IMG/VR virus record: IMGVR_UViG_3300028048_003121
Origin: an uncultured virus (IMG/VR IMGVR_UViG_3300028048_003121)
Taxonomy: Duplodnaviria; Heunggongvirae; Uroviricota; Caudoviricetes
DNA: 64,000 nucleotides
Strand: one strand, 5' to 3'
Shown here: positions 19,892 through 30,173 of the stretch, piece after piece
How the letters are laid out: every line of letters starts with the position of its first letter
How positions within the stretch are numbered: the stretch's first letter is position 1
Translations under genes and position numbers: made by a program
Notes under the pieces: model-generated
The model's database searches: none
The model's input: only the letters and a program-made list of their open reading frames with translations
What the model was told of the DNA's origin: nothing

Positions 19892-22580
19892 GAGGCGTAT
19901 TCATTTCAACAAATTTCGTTTCCTTTGGCGGCAATGCCGCAGAAGACACATCAGCACGACGCACTGGAGCCTGGGAAGGCTTGCGACGCTGATGGATAGA
20001 GTCCAGACGGTCACTATGCAGGGCATCGATGCTGCTCTGACGCCAACGGCGGTAGGACTCGTTGGACATGGCACCACGCATACCCTGACGGTAGGCATCC
20101 AAGAACGGTGTGGCCAGATAGTCGAGGATGCTCTGGCTGTGACGCAGGTAGCGTTCCATCAGCACCAGCTCGGCATGGATGCGCACAAGACGCATATCCA
20201 CCTCACGGGCAATCCTCAGACGGTCGGACATCCACAAGAGGTGATAGGTTCCGTTGTCTTCCTCCGGCACCTCATTATTACTGTACTGGTAGCGTATCTC
20301 AACGGAACAGTCGGGATGCTCCTCCAACAACTCCTGCTGACGCTGATTGGCAATATTGCTACGCTCCTGCTCACTCATATCATTGGAGAAAGCAATGACA
20401 TCCACCTGGTCGGAGGTGGAGTAATTGGAAGACAGCTCCCAGGAGATCTTCAGAATACTACGGTGGATGCGCAAGGTAAACAGCAAGCAGTCAATCCATA
20501 CCTCCGTGCGGACATTGCTGACCGTACCACGGAAGACGACATTAACGCCCATGGAGTTAATCTTGCCGTTACGGACATACGTCAGGCCTTCCCAATGACC
20601 TTCATCCTCCCAATCAACTCCGTAATTGACCTCACAGTCATGCATGATGGCAGGAATGCGATAACAATCATCAGACTCATTGGCATACTCGCCATAGGCA
20701 GCATTATAGGCCTGCTGAGCCTGACTAAGGGCTGACTCCCAAGTGGAACGCTCGGCCTGCTTGTCCTCGATGGCTTTCTTATTCTTCTTATACTCCTCGC
20801 GATATACGTTTGCCTGAAAGTAACTGGAATTACTGATAAGATCCAACAGCTCCTTCTGACGTGCCTGAAGGGCTGCTATCTCAGCGTTTATCTCGGCAAT
20901 CTTCGTATTGCAGTCGTTAATCTTCTGACGACACTCCTGAAGGTCGCTGCCGTCACTGCTGAGAGTGGTAGCCATGGCTTCCTCCTTATAGACATCAGGC
21001 TTGGGGCCTTCATCGTCATAGATATGACGGTTGACCTTCCACTCGGTGGCTCCCTCGGCCAGCTTCGCGCCATTGTCGCAGTTAAGCCAGAACTCAACAG
21101 CGGTACAGCCGCGCATCTTCTGGGCATTGGAAGCACTGTAATAGCGCTTCGAGTCCTTACCGATCTTATAGTCATGCAGCGGCGTGTCAGAATTGTTATC
21201 GGCTTCATCCTGAGCCTTGATCTCCATGAGCTTGGACTGCATATGCTGGGCAAAGGCAGACTCAGACATGGTATAGGAGTCGAACTCCTCCTCATAGACG
21301 GTCTCGCCACCGTTCCAGGTGCGATAGACATGGACGTCATAGGAGAAAGACCATCCCTCGATATTGTCCTTGCTGCCACGATAGATATAGTAACTGTGAA
21401 TACTATATACGATATAGTAATGATACCAGCTCTGCTCGGCATTCATCTGGTCAATCTTGGCCTGACTCCATCCACACTGAGAGGCACAGGCAGCCTTGGT
21501 GGCATTGATGACGCTCTCATCAGGCCAGTAGTTGGGGTCGTTGGTATTGATACGGTACCAGCCGTTGGTGCCGTTGATGATGTACTCATCAACAATCTGG
21601 GGACTCCAGCTATCCAGCAAGTCCCTGCCACTCTCATGCCAGTAGATATACCAACGCTGCTTATAGTAGTCGCCGGTGAGCTGGTGGAGGTAGTTGCTGA
21701 CATACTGGCTGATATTGTACTCATCGAACTTGAACAGCTTCGTGACACCTATAGAGTCCGTAGACTCAATCTGGGCCATCAGGGCATCCTTGACCTTCTC
21801 GACGCTGTTCAGACTCTCAAAGGTGTTGGCATACTCCTCACCAAGCGCCCACAGCTCCTTGGGCTTCATATGGAAGATACCGCCGACCTTGCTACCCTGA
21901 ATCCACAGGGAGTCAAGCATGTCGCCACCGGCATTGGCAATGGCACCGCCGACGGACATCAGGTTAGTGAAATCATCCTCCAGGTCATCAAAGGACAAAT
22001 CACCAAGGTTGGAGATATTGTCCCACATACCCTTCCAGTCGACACCGCCGAAACGGCTCAGGTCGAACAGCTCCTTCAGGTCATCGACGATGACCAGGAA
22101 ATGCAAGTCCTTGAAAGAGAGACGGCCATTGGAGCATACCGTCTGGAATATCATGCACAACTGCTTGACCTCCTCGGTGGTCTTGAAAAGGTATGGCCCC
22201 CAATAAATGGCTTTATCAGGGTGCTTGATCATCATCGAGGCGACATTGAAAATTTTGGGCATGATACGCTGGGCGACCATCTGACGTATATGCTTGTAGT
22301 ACCAGTTCTCTTCGGAACCGAAGGAAAGCTCATCCTTCAGAGAGAGACGATCCAGATACTTGGAGGCGAAAATACCGGCAGCGGCAATCTCGGAAGCACC
22401 GTAATGGTCAAGGATCTTTCCCCAACGCTCACGGGTAAGCTCCTCCTGAGCCAGCTCAATGCCCATGGCAGCATTCATCTGCGCTGTTGTCTCAACGTCA
22501 AAATTGACGCTATAGGACTGAGCACGGGAAACAAAGGTTACCAGTGACAACAGCATCAATATGACAACAGACCGTCTCAT
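19881..22580 (-). CDS. Large secreted tra-region protein with coiled coil
   Basis: 899 aa; signal peptide; heptad-rich segment. Confidence 0.8.
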   Translation of the reverse strand: MRRSVVILMLLSLVTFVSRAQSYSVNFDVETTAQMNAAMGIELAQEELTRERWGKILDHYGASEIAAAGIFASKYLDRLSLKDELSFGSEENWYYKHIRQMVAQRIMPKIFNVASMMIKHPDKAIYWGPYLFKTTEEVKQLCMIFQTVCSNGRLSFKDLHFLVIVDDLKELFDLSRFGGVDWKGMWDNISNLGDLSFDDLEDDFTNLMSVGGAIANAGGDMLDSLWIQGSKVGGIFHMKPKELWALGEEYANTFESLNSVEKVKDALMAQIESTDSIGVTKLFKFDEYNISQYVSNYLHQLTGDYYKQRWYIYWHESGRDLLDSWSPQIVDEYIINGTNGWYRINTNDPNYWPDESVINATKAACASQCGWSQAKIDQMNAEQSWYHYYIVYSIHSYYIYRGSKDNIEGWSFSYDVHVYRTWNGGETVYEEEFDSYTMSESAFAQHMQSKLMEIKAQDEADNNSDTPLHDYKIGKDSKRYYSASNAQKMRGCTAVEFWLNCDNGAKLAEGATEWKVNRHIYDDEGPKPDVYKEEAMATTLSSDGSDLQECRQKINDCNTKIAEINAEIAALQARQKELLDLISNSSYFQANVYREEYKKNKKAIEDKQAERSTWESALSQAQQAYNAAYGEYANESDDCYRIPAIMHDCEVNYGVDWEDEGHWEGLTYVRNGKINSMGVNVVFRGTVSNVRTEVWIDCLLFTLRIHRSILKISWELSSNYSTSDQVDVIAFSNDMSEQERSNIANQRQQELLEEHPDCSVEIRYQYSNNEVPEEDNGTYHLLWMSDRLRIAREVDMRLVRIHAELVLMERYLRHSQSILDYLATPFLDAYRQGMRGAMSNESYRRWRQSSIDALHSDRLDSIHQRRKPSQAPVRRADVSSAALPPKETKFVEMNTPHEN

Positions 22581-22622
22581 GGGTATATTAGTATTTTCGT
22601 ATTACTATATTTCTTTAAATAT

Positions 22623-25562
22623 TTATTTCTTATCAGGAAGGGGTGGCAGGTTCAAGACCCTGCCCTCCTTATTGACCTTCGTGGCGAAGTCAAGGGTCTT
22701 CTTGATGCCACTGCGCTGATAGTCACGGACGAAGGCCTCAATGGCATGCTGATGGTCACACTTCAGCTCACGCTTGTAGAGCTTCAGGGCTTCCTTCTCA
22801 GCCTTCTCCGTCGTATAGCTCATATAACACTCGATAGGTTCCTCGATGCCGTAGACATCGGAAACGGTGTCGTTACCGGCACGCTTGATGAACACCTCCT
22901 TGAAAGGAGAACGACCGTCCTTGTTATCCAGACGGTTGATGGTGAAGATTTTGCGGCACTCGATATCGGTCAGGGCCAGCGTCGCCTTGATATCGTCGAA
23001 CTTCTCCTGGAACTTCGACTGGTCAAGGAGCATGAATACATCGGAGTTATTGATGATGGCCTCCTTGACAATAGGCGACGAGGTGATGTCCTGTATCTCC
23101 TGAGTGACAACACCGACCATAGCCCAATGCTTACGGGCGGTCTTGTAGAGATACTTGATATACTCGGCCATGACAGGCGTGGCGATAGCCTTCCATGCCT
23201 CCTCGATGACCAGACACTTACGGCCTTTCTTGATACGCATCTTCTGAGTGAAGACGTCCATAATGATAAGGACGATAATAGGAAAGAGCACGGGGTCATC
23301 CTTGACCTTATCGATCTCGAAGACGATGAACTGCTCATCGAAGAGGGAGCCGTCCATATCATTATTCAGCGTATATTCCAGCTCACCACCCTTGTAGAAG
23401 GGCGCGAGGATGGCACGATAGTTATCAATCTCAAAATGAATCCTATCCTGCGACATGATCTGGGGAATACGCTGGATAGAATACTCGTAAAACGAGTTGA
23501 AGTTAAGCTCAGTGACCTTCAGGGACTTGCGCTTCTGCTCCATACGCTCAATCTCACGATTGATCTTCTCCAGGAACTTACCCTCGACAACCTCCGGGGT
23601 AAGACGCTGGAGCTGATTGGAAGCGGCAGCCTTCTCACCGTCGGTAGCGGCAGAGTCATCGATGACAGCCTGCAACTTCTCAGAGATTCGCTTATTCTTC
23701 TCGTACTTCTCACGATCGGCATCGGTGACATCATAGGTGCCGGTGCCGTTACGGCTCTGAAGTTCCTCCTCATACTTCTCATACTCGCCATTGGTCTTGG
23801 AATCCAAGATCAGGCGATCGTAAAGTTCCTTGCGCTCATCATCACTATAGCCCTTGAAAGGCGTGAAATACTCGCGGTAATAGTCCACAATGACCTTATT
23901 GATAATCGTGTCCTCAATCTTCGTGGGTTCCTGGGCACCCTTGAAGATCAGGAAGATGAGGGACTTCAGGAAGTTCTTCTTCTCGCCGAAATTCTGAGTG
24001 TACTCAACCTCGGTGACCTTGAACGGGTTCATCGAGATAGGATGCTCCTTGGTATAGCTGATGTACGTACCGCCGAAATAGCCGCAGATACCCTCGTAGG
24101 AGTCACCGGTATCAACGATGACAACGTCAGTGTTCTGCTCGTAGTACTGGCGTACAACGGTATTCATGAAGAAGGACTTACCGCTGCCCGACGGACCCAA
24201 CACGAAGAAATTCGAGTTGTTGGTGTGTTTGACCTTTCCCTCCTTACCGGTGATATCCACGGCAAGGGGAACACCCTGGCGGTCGGTATAGTAACACTTC
24301 AGCGGCGTGTCCTCAGACTTGGACTGGCGCTCCTTATACATCAGACACAAGGCCGCATCACTCAGCGTGAGGAAGCGGTCATAGTCAGGCGAGAGACGGT
24401 AGCAGTTGCCGGGGAAGCAGGCCACGAAAAGTTCCAGCTGGTTATAGGCCCTCTTGGAGATATGGATGCCCTGACGGGCGAAGATGTTCTCCAGATGGTT
24501 CGTGACCTTCTGCATGTCCTTATCGGCATCTATGGTGACGATAAGGTTATAATGCGCATAAACCAGCTGCTTGGACTCCTTGGCAATGACATCCTGCACC
24601 TTCTTGATATCCTCGGCAGCAAGGGTGTTGCTGGGATTGGGCATGGAAGCATGACGGTTACGCTTCTTGTCGAGCATGGCCAGCTCACGCTTCTGGTTGG
24701 GCAGGAACAATACCTGGTTGAAGACAACACAGTCCGCATCGGGAATGCGGTCAATCTCACTCATCAGGTCGACAGGCATCACACTATTGTTGACGGTCAT
24801 GTCAACATAGGGACGCAAGGATCCAGGGAGGCCGATGGAGTCCACATCCAACAGACTGTAGACCTTTGACGTGCGACGGCCCATATGGATCTCCTCACTG
24901 TCAACCTTGAAATCGGTCATGCTGACAATCTTCGACGTGAAATCCTGGGCGAAGAAACGGTCAGCATACTGACGGCAGGCATTGGCATCCAGGAAGGAGG
25001 CAGCGACACCGCCGTCCTTCAACTGGTCATAGACCTTACGGATCTTGACCGTGAAATCGCGCCACTTCGAGGCATCATAGCTCAGAAGGGCACTCTTCTT
25101 ACACTCCTGCGTGATAACAAGATAGGTGCTGCCGTCAGTGTACGGACGTCCGTCCATGAAACGGAAATAGCTGTCCGAAAGGAACAGACGGTTGGTGTCA
25201 GCATTGGGGTCACGACGGGCCGAGACCTTCTTCATATCGAAATGCTTGCGGGCAAAGATGTCCTGCTTATGCAGGGCATAGCCCTCACCAAGCGTCTGGA
25301 GAATACTGGTCATCAGAGCGGTAAACGCATAATAGCTCTCCACGTCGGCAGAGTACTTCTGAACAGGATTCTCCATACGGAGGATGGCTGAGAACTCGCC
25401 GGTCTTGGTATAGACGACACCGATGCCGTCAACATTCTCGATACTGAAATAGATATCCTTAAAGATGTTGGCACGCTTGCCACCAGTACCGAAGGCATAG
25501 ACCGATACGGCCATGCCGATACAGAGGAAGACAAACGACACAATCACGAAAAGTGTAAGCAT
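22623..25562 (-). CDS. traG: TraG family VirB4 conjugation ATPase
   Basis: NFFVLGPSGSGKSF (Walker A); LVIEEAWKAI (Walker B); KTARKH. Confidence 0.95.
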   Translation of the reverse strand: MLTLFVIVSFVFLCIGMAVSVYAFGTGGKRANIFKDIYFSIENVDGIGVVYTKTGEFSAILRMENPVQKYSADVESYYAFTALMTSILQTLGEGYALHKQDIFARKHFDMKKVSARRDPNADTNRLFLSDSYFRFMDGRPYTDGSTYLVITQECKKSALLSYDASKWRDFTVKIRKVYDQLKDGGVAASFLDANACRQYADRFFAQDFTSKIVSMTDFKVDSEEIHMGRRTSKVYSLLDVDSIGLPGSLRPYVDMTVNNSVMPVDLMSEIDRIPDADCVVFNQVLFLPNQKRELAMLDKKRNRHASMPNPSNTLAAEDIKKVQDVIAKESKQLVYAHYNLIVTIDADKDMQKVTNHLENIFARQGIHISKRAYNQLELFVACFPGNCYRLSPDYDRFLTLSDAALCLMYKERQSKSEDTPLKCYYTDRQGVPLAVDITGKEGKVKHTNNSNFFVLGPSGSGKSFFMNTVVRQYYEQNTDVVIVDTGDSYEGICGYFGGTYISYTKEHPISMNPFKVTEVEYTQNFGEKKNFLKSLIFLIFKGAQEPTKIEDTIINKVIVDYYREYFTPFKGYSDDERKELYDRLILDSKTNGEYEKYEEELQSRNGTGTYDVTDADREKYEKNKRISEKLQAVIDDSAATDGEKAAASNQLQRLTPEVVEGKFLEKINREIERMEQKRKSLKVTELNFNSFYEYSIQRIPQIMSQDRIHFEIDNYRAILAPFYKGGELEYTLNNDMDGSLFDEQFIVFEIDKVKDDPVLFPIIVLIIMDVFTQKMRIKKGRKCLVIEEAWKAIATPVMAEYIKYLYKTARKHWAMVGVVTQEIQDITSSPIVKEAIINNSDVFMLLDQSKFQEKFDDIKATLALTDIECRKIFTINRLDNKDGRSPFKEVFIKRAGNDTVSDVYGIEEPIECYMSYTTEKAEKEALKLYKRELKCDHQHAIEAFVRDYQRSGIKKTLDFATKVNKEGRVLNLPPLPDKK

Positions 25563-25573
25563 ACTGATAATAT

Positions 25574-25873
25574 TTATAATATATTGCGCGAATGCGCAAA
25601 GATAAAGATTCCTTTGTCAACGGCCTTGCTATGCAGGCCCTTGCGCTGCTTGACGAAAATCATGACACCGCCGACACCAAGGGCAGCGGTGAGAATACCA
25701 AGACCGACCAGGAAACCAGCAACAAGGTAACCGATGATGAAACCGCAGACAGCACCGCCAGCGGTAGCTGCAGCCCAGTAGATATACCTGCCCTGCAAGC
25801 CCATCATCTCCAAAGGTCTCTGAAGACCCTTGAAGACGGGGAAATCCTGATAGTCGGTCTTGGCATCCATCAA
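25574..25873 (-). CDS. traF: TraF / DUF4133 (VirB3-like)
   Basis: VFKGLQRPLEMMGLQGRYI motif; two TMs. Confidence 0.85.
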   Translation of the reverse strand: MMDAKTDYQDFPVFKGLQRPLEMMGLQGRYIYWAAATAGGAVCGFIIGYLVAGFLVGLGILTAALGVGGVMIFVKQRKGLHSKAVDKGIFIFAHSRNIL

Positions 25874-25891
25874 ACACGAACGACTAAGAGA

Positions 25892-26305
25892 TTACTCACC
25901 ACCGACGCCGAAGAACAGAGGCAGAGCCTGGGCTGCGGCGATCAGGAAGATACAGGCACCGACGAGCATCATGATGCTCTTCTTAACATCCTGCTCCTCG
26001 TTGTTCATCTTGATGTACACGCTGATAGCGCCCACAACGGCCACGACGCCGGCAATGGCATAGCACAGCTTGACGGCAACAGGCACGTACTTGGCAATCT
26101 CGGTGGTCACCGTGCCAAGGGCGGTAGTTCCTGCGGAGTAGTCACCGGCACTGTTCTGGGCCATGACAACACCGACACACATCAGCAGCATGAGGCAACT
26201 CGCGAAACGAGGCGACATAACAGCTTTCTCACAAGTCGAGACGATGGCACTACCAACGCTCGAAGCTCCCTTCTTCAGGGACTGGAAGAAATTCTTCATA
26301 ATCAT
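25892..26305 (-). CDS. traE: TraE / DUF4134 (VirB2-like pilin)
   Basis: KLCYAIAGVVAVVGAISVYIKMNNEEQDVKKSIM. Confidence 0.88.
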   Translation of the reverse strand: MIMKNFFQSLKKGASSVGSAIVSTCEKAVMSPRFASCLMLLMCVGVVMAQNSAGDYSAGTTALGTVTTEIAKYVPVAVKLCYAIAGVVAVVGAISVYIKMNNEEQDVKKSIMMLVGACIFLIAAAQALPLFFGVGGE

Positions 26306-26403
26306 TTAACTAAAAGAAAAAATAAGAAAAAACTATATTTGTAAAAACATTCAATCTTCGAGAGAACTCCACACCGTAGGGTGGGAGTAAAACATCAGCC
26401 CTA

Positions 26404-26751
26404 TCAGCCCCATTGGACATCAAAGAGGGCAGGCATCACGATAGTAGCACCTATCAGAAACAGGATGGCGCCGAGCAGCACCATGAGGGACTTCACGAAG
26501 CCCTCCTCACCGGTGTTGAGCTTGATATAGATGCTGGTGGCAGAATAGAGAGCAGTGAGGGAAGCGACGGCATAAAGGATGCCGACGGTATATTCCATCA
26601 CCACCAGCACGAAGACGGAGGCCTCATGCAGGGCATCGGCACCCCAGTCATAGCGCGTCTCGCCACAACGGGCAGAGACAGCCTGGACGGTAGCTGCCAG
26701 CAGAGCTGCCAGCAACACGCGACGGTCAATATGTATGTTTCCTATCCTCAT
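26404..26751 (-). CDS. DUF4134 paralogue
   Basis: LYAVAS...SIYIKLNTGEEGFVKS...FLIGA. Confidence 0.78.
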   Translation of the reverse strand: MRIGNIHIDRRVLLAALLAATVQAVSARCGETRYDWGADALHEASVFVLVVMEYTVGILYAVASLTALYSATSIYIKLNTGEEGFVKSLMVLLGAILFLIGATIVMPALFDVQWG

Positions 26752-26764
26752 AGCTTGCTATTCG

Positions 26765-27202
26765 TTAATAAAGCTGGGTACGCTTGATCCTCGACTTCTT
26801 GTTCATCGGCTGGTTCATCATCAGCAACATGGTCTGAGAGTCCAACGTCTGCTGATAAGAAGGATTCACCGGCTCACCGCCGGACTGCAAAGTCTCCTCG
26901 ATACGGTCTTTCATCTCACGGAACTGCTCCTGTTGCTGCTGCTCAGGAGTCAAAGGAACCTGGGGGGATTCCTCCTCCTGCTGGGGGACAGGGGCTTCTT
27001 CCTCTTCCATGACAACGGTGGTGGGTGTCTCTTCCTCCTCGTCAGCCATGACGGGGGCTTCGTCACCTGCACCGGTGTCGAATACTTCAACGCCATCTTT
27101 CTTCTGACCTTTCTTGCCAAACAGGTCAAGGAAGATCACGACAGGATAGTAGATAAGGTAGATACCTGTCAGGATGATGGCCCAAATACCAAATGCACTC
27201 AT
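26765..27202 (-). CDS. First gene of tra operon; N-terminal TM, acidic
   Basis: 145 aa; YLIYYPVVIFLDLF TM segment. Confidence 0.75.
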   Translation of the reverse strand: MSAFGIWAIILTGIYLIYYPVVIFLDLFGKKGQKKDGVEVFDTGAGDEAPVMADEEEETPTTVVMEEEEAPVPQQEEESPQVPLTPEQQQQEQFREMKDRIEETLQSGGEPVNPSYQQTLDSQTMLLMMNQPMNKKSRIKRTQLY

Positions 27203-27270
27203 AATTTTCTTGCGTTATTTTGAAATTTCTGACGCAAAGAAAACACCTATTTAATGAAAGGGAAAATATT

Positions 27271-27335
27271 GGCAAAACTTCCTCTTGATTTAACACATTT
27301 ACGATTTTTAAAATCTTAAATGCCCGTAATCAAGA
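27271..27335 (-). promoter_or_regulatory. Conserved upstream motif, copy 2 (tra operon)
   Basis: Shares a 30-nt identical core with 6200-6229. Confidence 0.75.
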
Positions 27336-27679
27336 CAAAACAGGTGTTTTCAGGCGATTTTTCAGTGCCTCAGAAAAGGAAGAAAATAATGAGCAAAAAG
27401 AGGGTATCAACGATACCGAAAAAACGATAAAGTTTCCACACCCCAGCAGCAAGGATATGGACTGGAGGTGTGAGCCAGCGAACACTCCAGGATCACGCTT
27501 CGCCACTTGACATTCCAGAAAGGAACATCAACGGCAATATAAATATTATTATAATATATGTACGCATACGCGCGTACAGAACCTGACGGTAGGACAGGCA
27601 TCACTATCAGAAAGTGATAGCCAACTTCTCACCCCTTCCTGTGATTGTGTCGGACATCTGAAGAGTCACAGCATGAACC

Positions 27680-27868
27680 ACCTTTTTTGCTTTGCAAAGT
27701 TATGCTGCACCGGAGCCACGTCAAGTACCGTACCTATTCCTTCTGAAATTGCCTGGCAGCCTTCCGCAGATTACTGCATAATCTGGGTATTCCATGAAAT
27801 TTCCTCGGAATTACTTGCCTAACACCTCCTAAGAGGGTGCCGCATGGTCACAAGCAAACAAAAAAGGC
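27680..27868 (+). promoter_or_regulatory. Large imperfect hairpin, candidate ssDNA (Frpo-like) promoter for the dnaN operon
   Basis: 96-nt core 27722-27817 is 94/96 identical to 58467-58562; nested inverted repeats; CTTG-19 nt-TAACTTTG on the minus strand of the left arm. Confidence 0.6.
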
Positions 27869-28114
27869 TATACTGCGATCTTTATACCGATGTAACAAAA
27901 TCAAACCACAACGGGGTGGAAGAAGAGCATACTCACAACGAAAGTGAGTAAAATCCATTACATCTTTTTTAAGAGTGTATAAGGAAAAACAAAAGGCTAC
28001 CTGCTCCCATTACCCGATATAATAAGAAAACAGCGACGGCGTACAAAAGCGCACGAGCACATAACAAACAACAAAAAACAATTAAAACCCAAGTCCCGGA
28101 AGGGCAACAACGCA

Positions 28115-29257
28115 ATGAATTTTACAACAACAGCCAAGCAACTGAGTGAGCAACTGGTTAACATGAACCGTGTCATCAACTCCAAGAACGCTCTGCCTAT
28201 CCTTGCAGACATCGTATTCACCGTCAAGGGCAACATCCTGTCACTGAAGGCATCGGACAGCGAGGTAACACTCATGGCAGACATCGAACTGACAGAGAGC
28301 GAGGGTGAGGGATGCTTCGCCATCAACGGCAAGGACATCATGGAAGCCGTCAAGGGCTTACCAGAAAACCCACTGACATTCTCTATGGACAGCGACACGG
28401 ACACCATCGTCAAGATCGACTACTTCTCCGGCATGTTCACACTACCCGTCAACAACGCCATGGAGTTCCCGACACTCCCTGCAATGGACAACGCCAGTCT
28501 GGTGACATTCAACATTACGGAAGGACTGCTCCAGGAGAATATCGCACGTACCGTATTCGCATCGGCAGACGACGAGCTGCGCCCCGTCATGAACGGCATC
28601 TTCTTCGACCTCACGGCAGAACATCTGGCAGTGGTGGCATCAGACGGTCATACGCTGGTACGTAACAAGGTGCTCTCAGTCAAGGCCACCGATGAAACCA
28701 AGACAGGCAGCTTCATCCTCCCGAAGAAACCGGCACACATCCTGAAGAACATCCTCAGCCGCACGGCAGAGACGGAAGTGACCATGACAGCGGACGGCAG
28801 ACAACTGCAGATTGTGGCAGCAGGCTTCACCATGCAATGCAGACTGATTGAGGGACGCTACCCCAACTACAACAGCGTCATCCCCAAAAACAACCCGAAC
28901 ATCGTACTGGTTGACCGTAACACATTGGTAAACGCACTGCGCCGCGTATCGCCCTTCTCGAACAACAGCAGCAACCTGGTACGCATCCACGTGGAGAATA
29001 ACCAGATCCAACTCGACACCGAGGACTACGACTTCTCAAAGACGGCTACAGAGCGTATGGCATGCGAGTACAACGGCGAGGCTATGAGCATCGGCATGAA
29101 GGGTGCCAAGACCATCGAGATCTTAGGCAACATGAGCGCACAGGAGATTGAAATGCAACTGGCAGACCCCTCACGGGCAGCACTGATACTGCCATCGGAA
29201 CAGCCGACGGACATGGAGATACTGATGCTTCAGATGCCCATGCTTCTGAATGACTAA
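28115..29257 (+). CDS. dnaN: DNA polymerase III beta sliding clamp
   Basis: KNALPILAD; DDELRPVMNGI; VASDGHTL; RLIEGRYPNYNSVIP; QMPM C-terminus. Confidence 0.95.
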   Translation: MNFTTTAKQLSEQLVNMNRVINSKNALPILADIVFTVKGNILSLKASDSEVTLMADIELTESEGEGCFAINGKDIMEAVKGLPENPLTFSMDSDTDTIVKIDYFSGMFTLPVNNAMEFPTLPAMDNASLVTFNITEGLLQENIARTVFASADDELRPVMNGIFFDLTAEHLAVVASDGHTLVRNKVLSVKATDETKTGSFILPKKPAHILKNILSRTAETEVTMTADGRQLQIVAAGFTMQCRLIEGRYPNYNSVIPKNNPNIVLVDRNTLVNALRRVSPFSNNSSNLVRIHVENNQIQLDTEDYDFSKTATERMACEYNGEAMSIGMKGAKTIEILGNMSAQEIEMQLADPSRAALILPSEQPTDMEILMLQMPMLLND

Positions 29258-29265
29258 ACAAAACA

Positions 29266-29303
29266 GGATGGGAGTCCTGCTCCAATAGGCAGGGCTTCCA
29301 CCT
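29266..29303 (+). terminator. Hairpin after dnaN
   Basis: GGGAGTCCTGC...GCAGGGCTTCC inverted repeat. Confidence 0.5.
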
Positions 29304-29496
29304 CATTACATATAGTAACTATATATAAGGTTTTAATATTTCTGATTTATGGTACAGAGAGTCAATACACTGGATTTCGTACTGATAACACTGTGGTGCA
29401 TCTCCATGATCTTCGCACTGGGCGTGATGTTCTATCTGGAGAGTTTCATCAAATGAGATAATGTTGTAATACGTATTACTAATAATATTTATTTTT

Positions 29497-29808
29497 ATGA
29501 AGACAATAACATGTAAATTCAAATCCAACGGCGAGGACGTCAAGGTGACAGCCGTCATCAATGACAACCTCACGGAACTTTCCAAGTCAAAGAAAAACGA
29601 GGCGACGGACATCATCGATGACTTCATCATGGAGGATAGCGTCTGGTGCCTGTTCTTTGAAAAAAGCGAAAAGCTGGGCTATGAGCTGCAGTTCAAGGTC
29701 ATCGAGAACAGCAAGACCCTCAAACCGGTGAAGGCCATTACATGGGAAGGCGGTGACGATGCCGTCATCACGGACGTACAACGCTTTACAGTGAAAATCA
29801 AATGCTAA
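29497..29808 (+). CDS. Hypothetical protein
   Basis: 103 aa; AT-rich leader; codon use like neighbours. Confidence 0.65.
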   Translation: MKTITCKFKSNGEDVKVTAVINDNLTELSKSKKNEATDIIDDFIMEDSVWCLFFEKSEKLGYELQFKVIENSKTLKPVKAITWEGGDDAVITDVQRFTVKIKC

Positions 29809-29828
29809 CCATATAACAGTATGACAAG

Positions 29829-30107
29829 ATGAATAAAATAGGTACAAAAAATGAGCAGAACCAGACGGTTAATGAGGACACCACCTGTTATGTCTATGCA
29901 AAAATGAAATGGATGCGAACCTTCAAGGCCTTCGACCTGGAGGGCTTCTTTCCGGGAAAGCTAATCTTCGCCTCACTGCTGCTGAACAGCGAAGAAAACA
30001 GACGAAAGCTGCAACAGCTGGCAGAGAAGAACAGCTACGCACAATGGCAGTTCCAGCTTCGCAACCCTGCCACCAACAAGGTACTATTTGAGACAGTAAG
30101 GGCATAG
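29829..30107 (+). CDS. Hypothetical protein
   Basis: 92-aa ORF in operon. Confidence 0.6.
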   Translation: MNKIGTKNEQNQTVNEDTTCYVYAKMKWMRTFKAFDLEGFFPGKLIFASLLLNSEENRRKLQQLAEKNSYAQWQFQLRNPATNKVLFETVRA

Positions 30108-30173
30108 CCTCCGGAAGAAAAAAAACAAGAGAACAAAAAATATCATTGTTGAACCCTTTAGAAAATAGAAACT

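Noticed and set aside
25460..25475. Split match of spacer A3 (TAAAGATG + TTGGCACG) in traG
   Set aside because: Requires a 6-nt bulge; two 8-mers are not convincing
27340..27660. oriT between the tra operon and dnaN
   Set aside because: No recognisable nic site or adjacent relaxase; hairpin polarity predicts oriT to the right of the window
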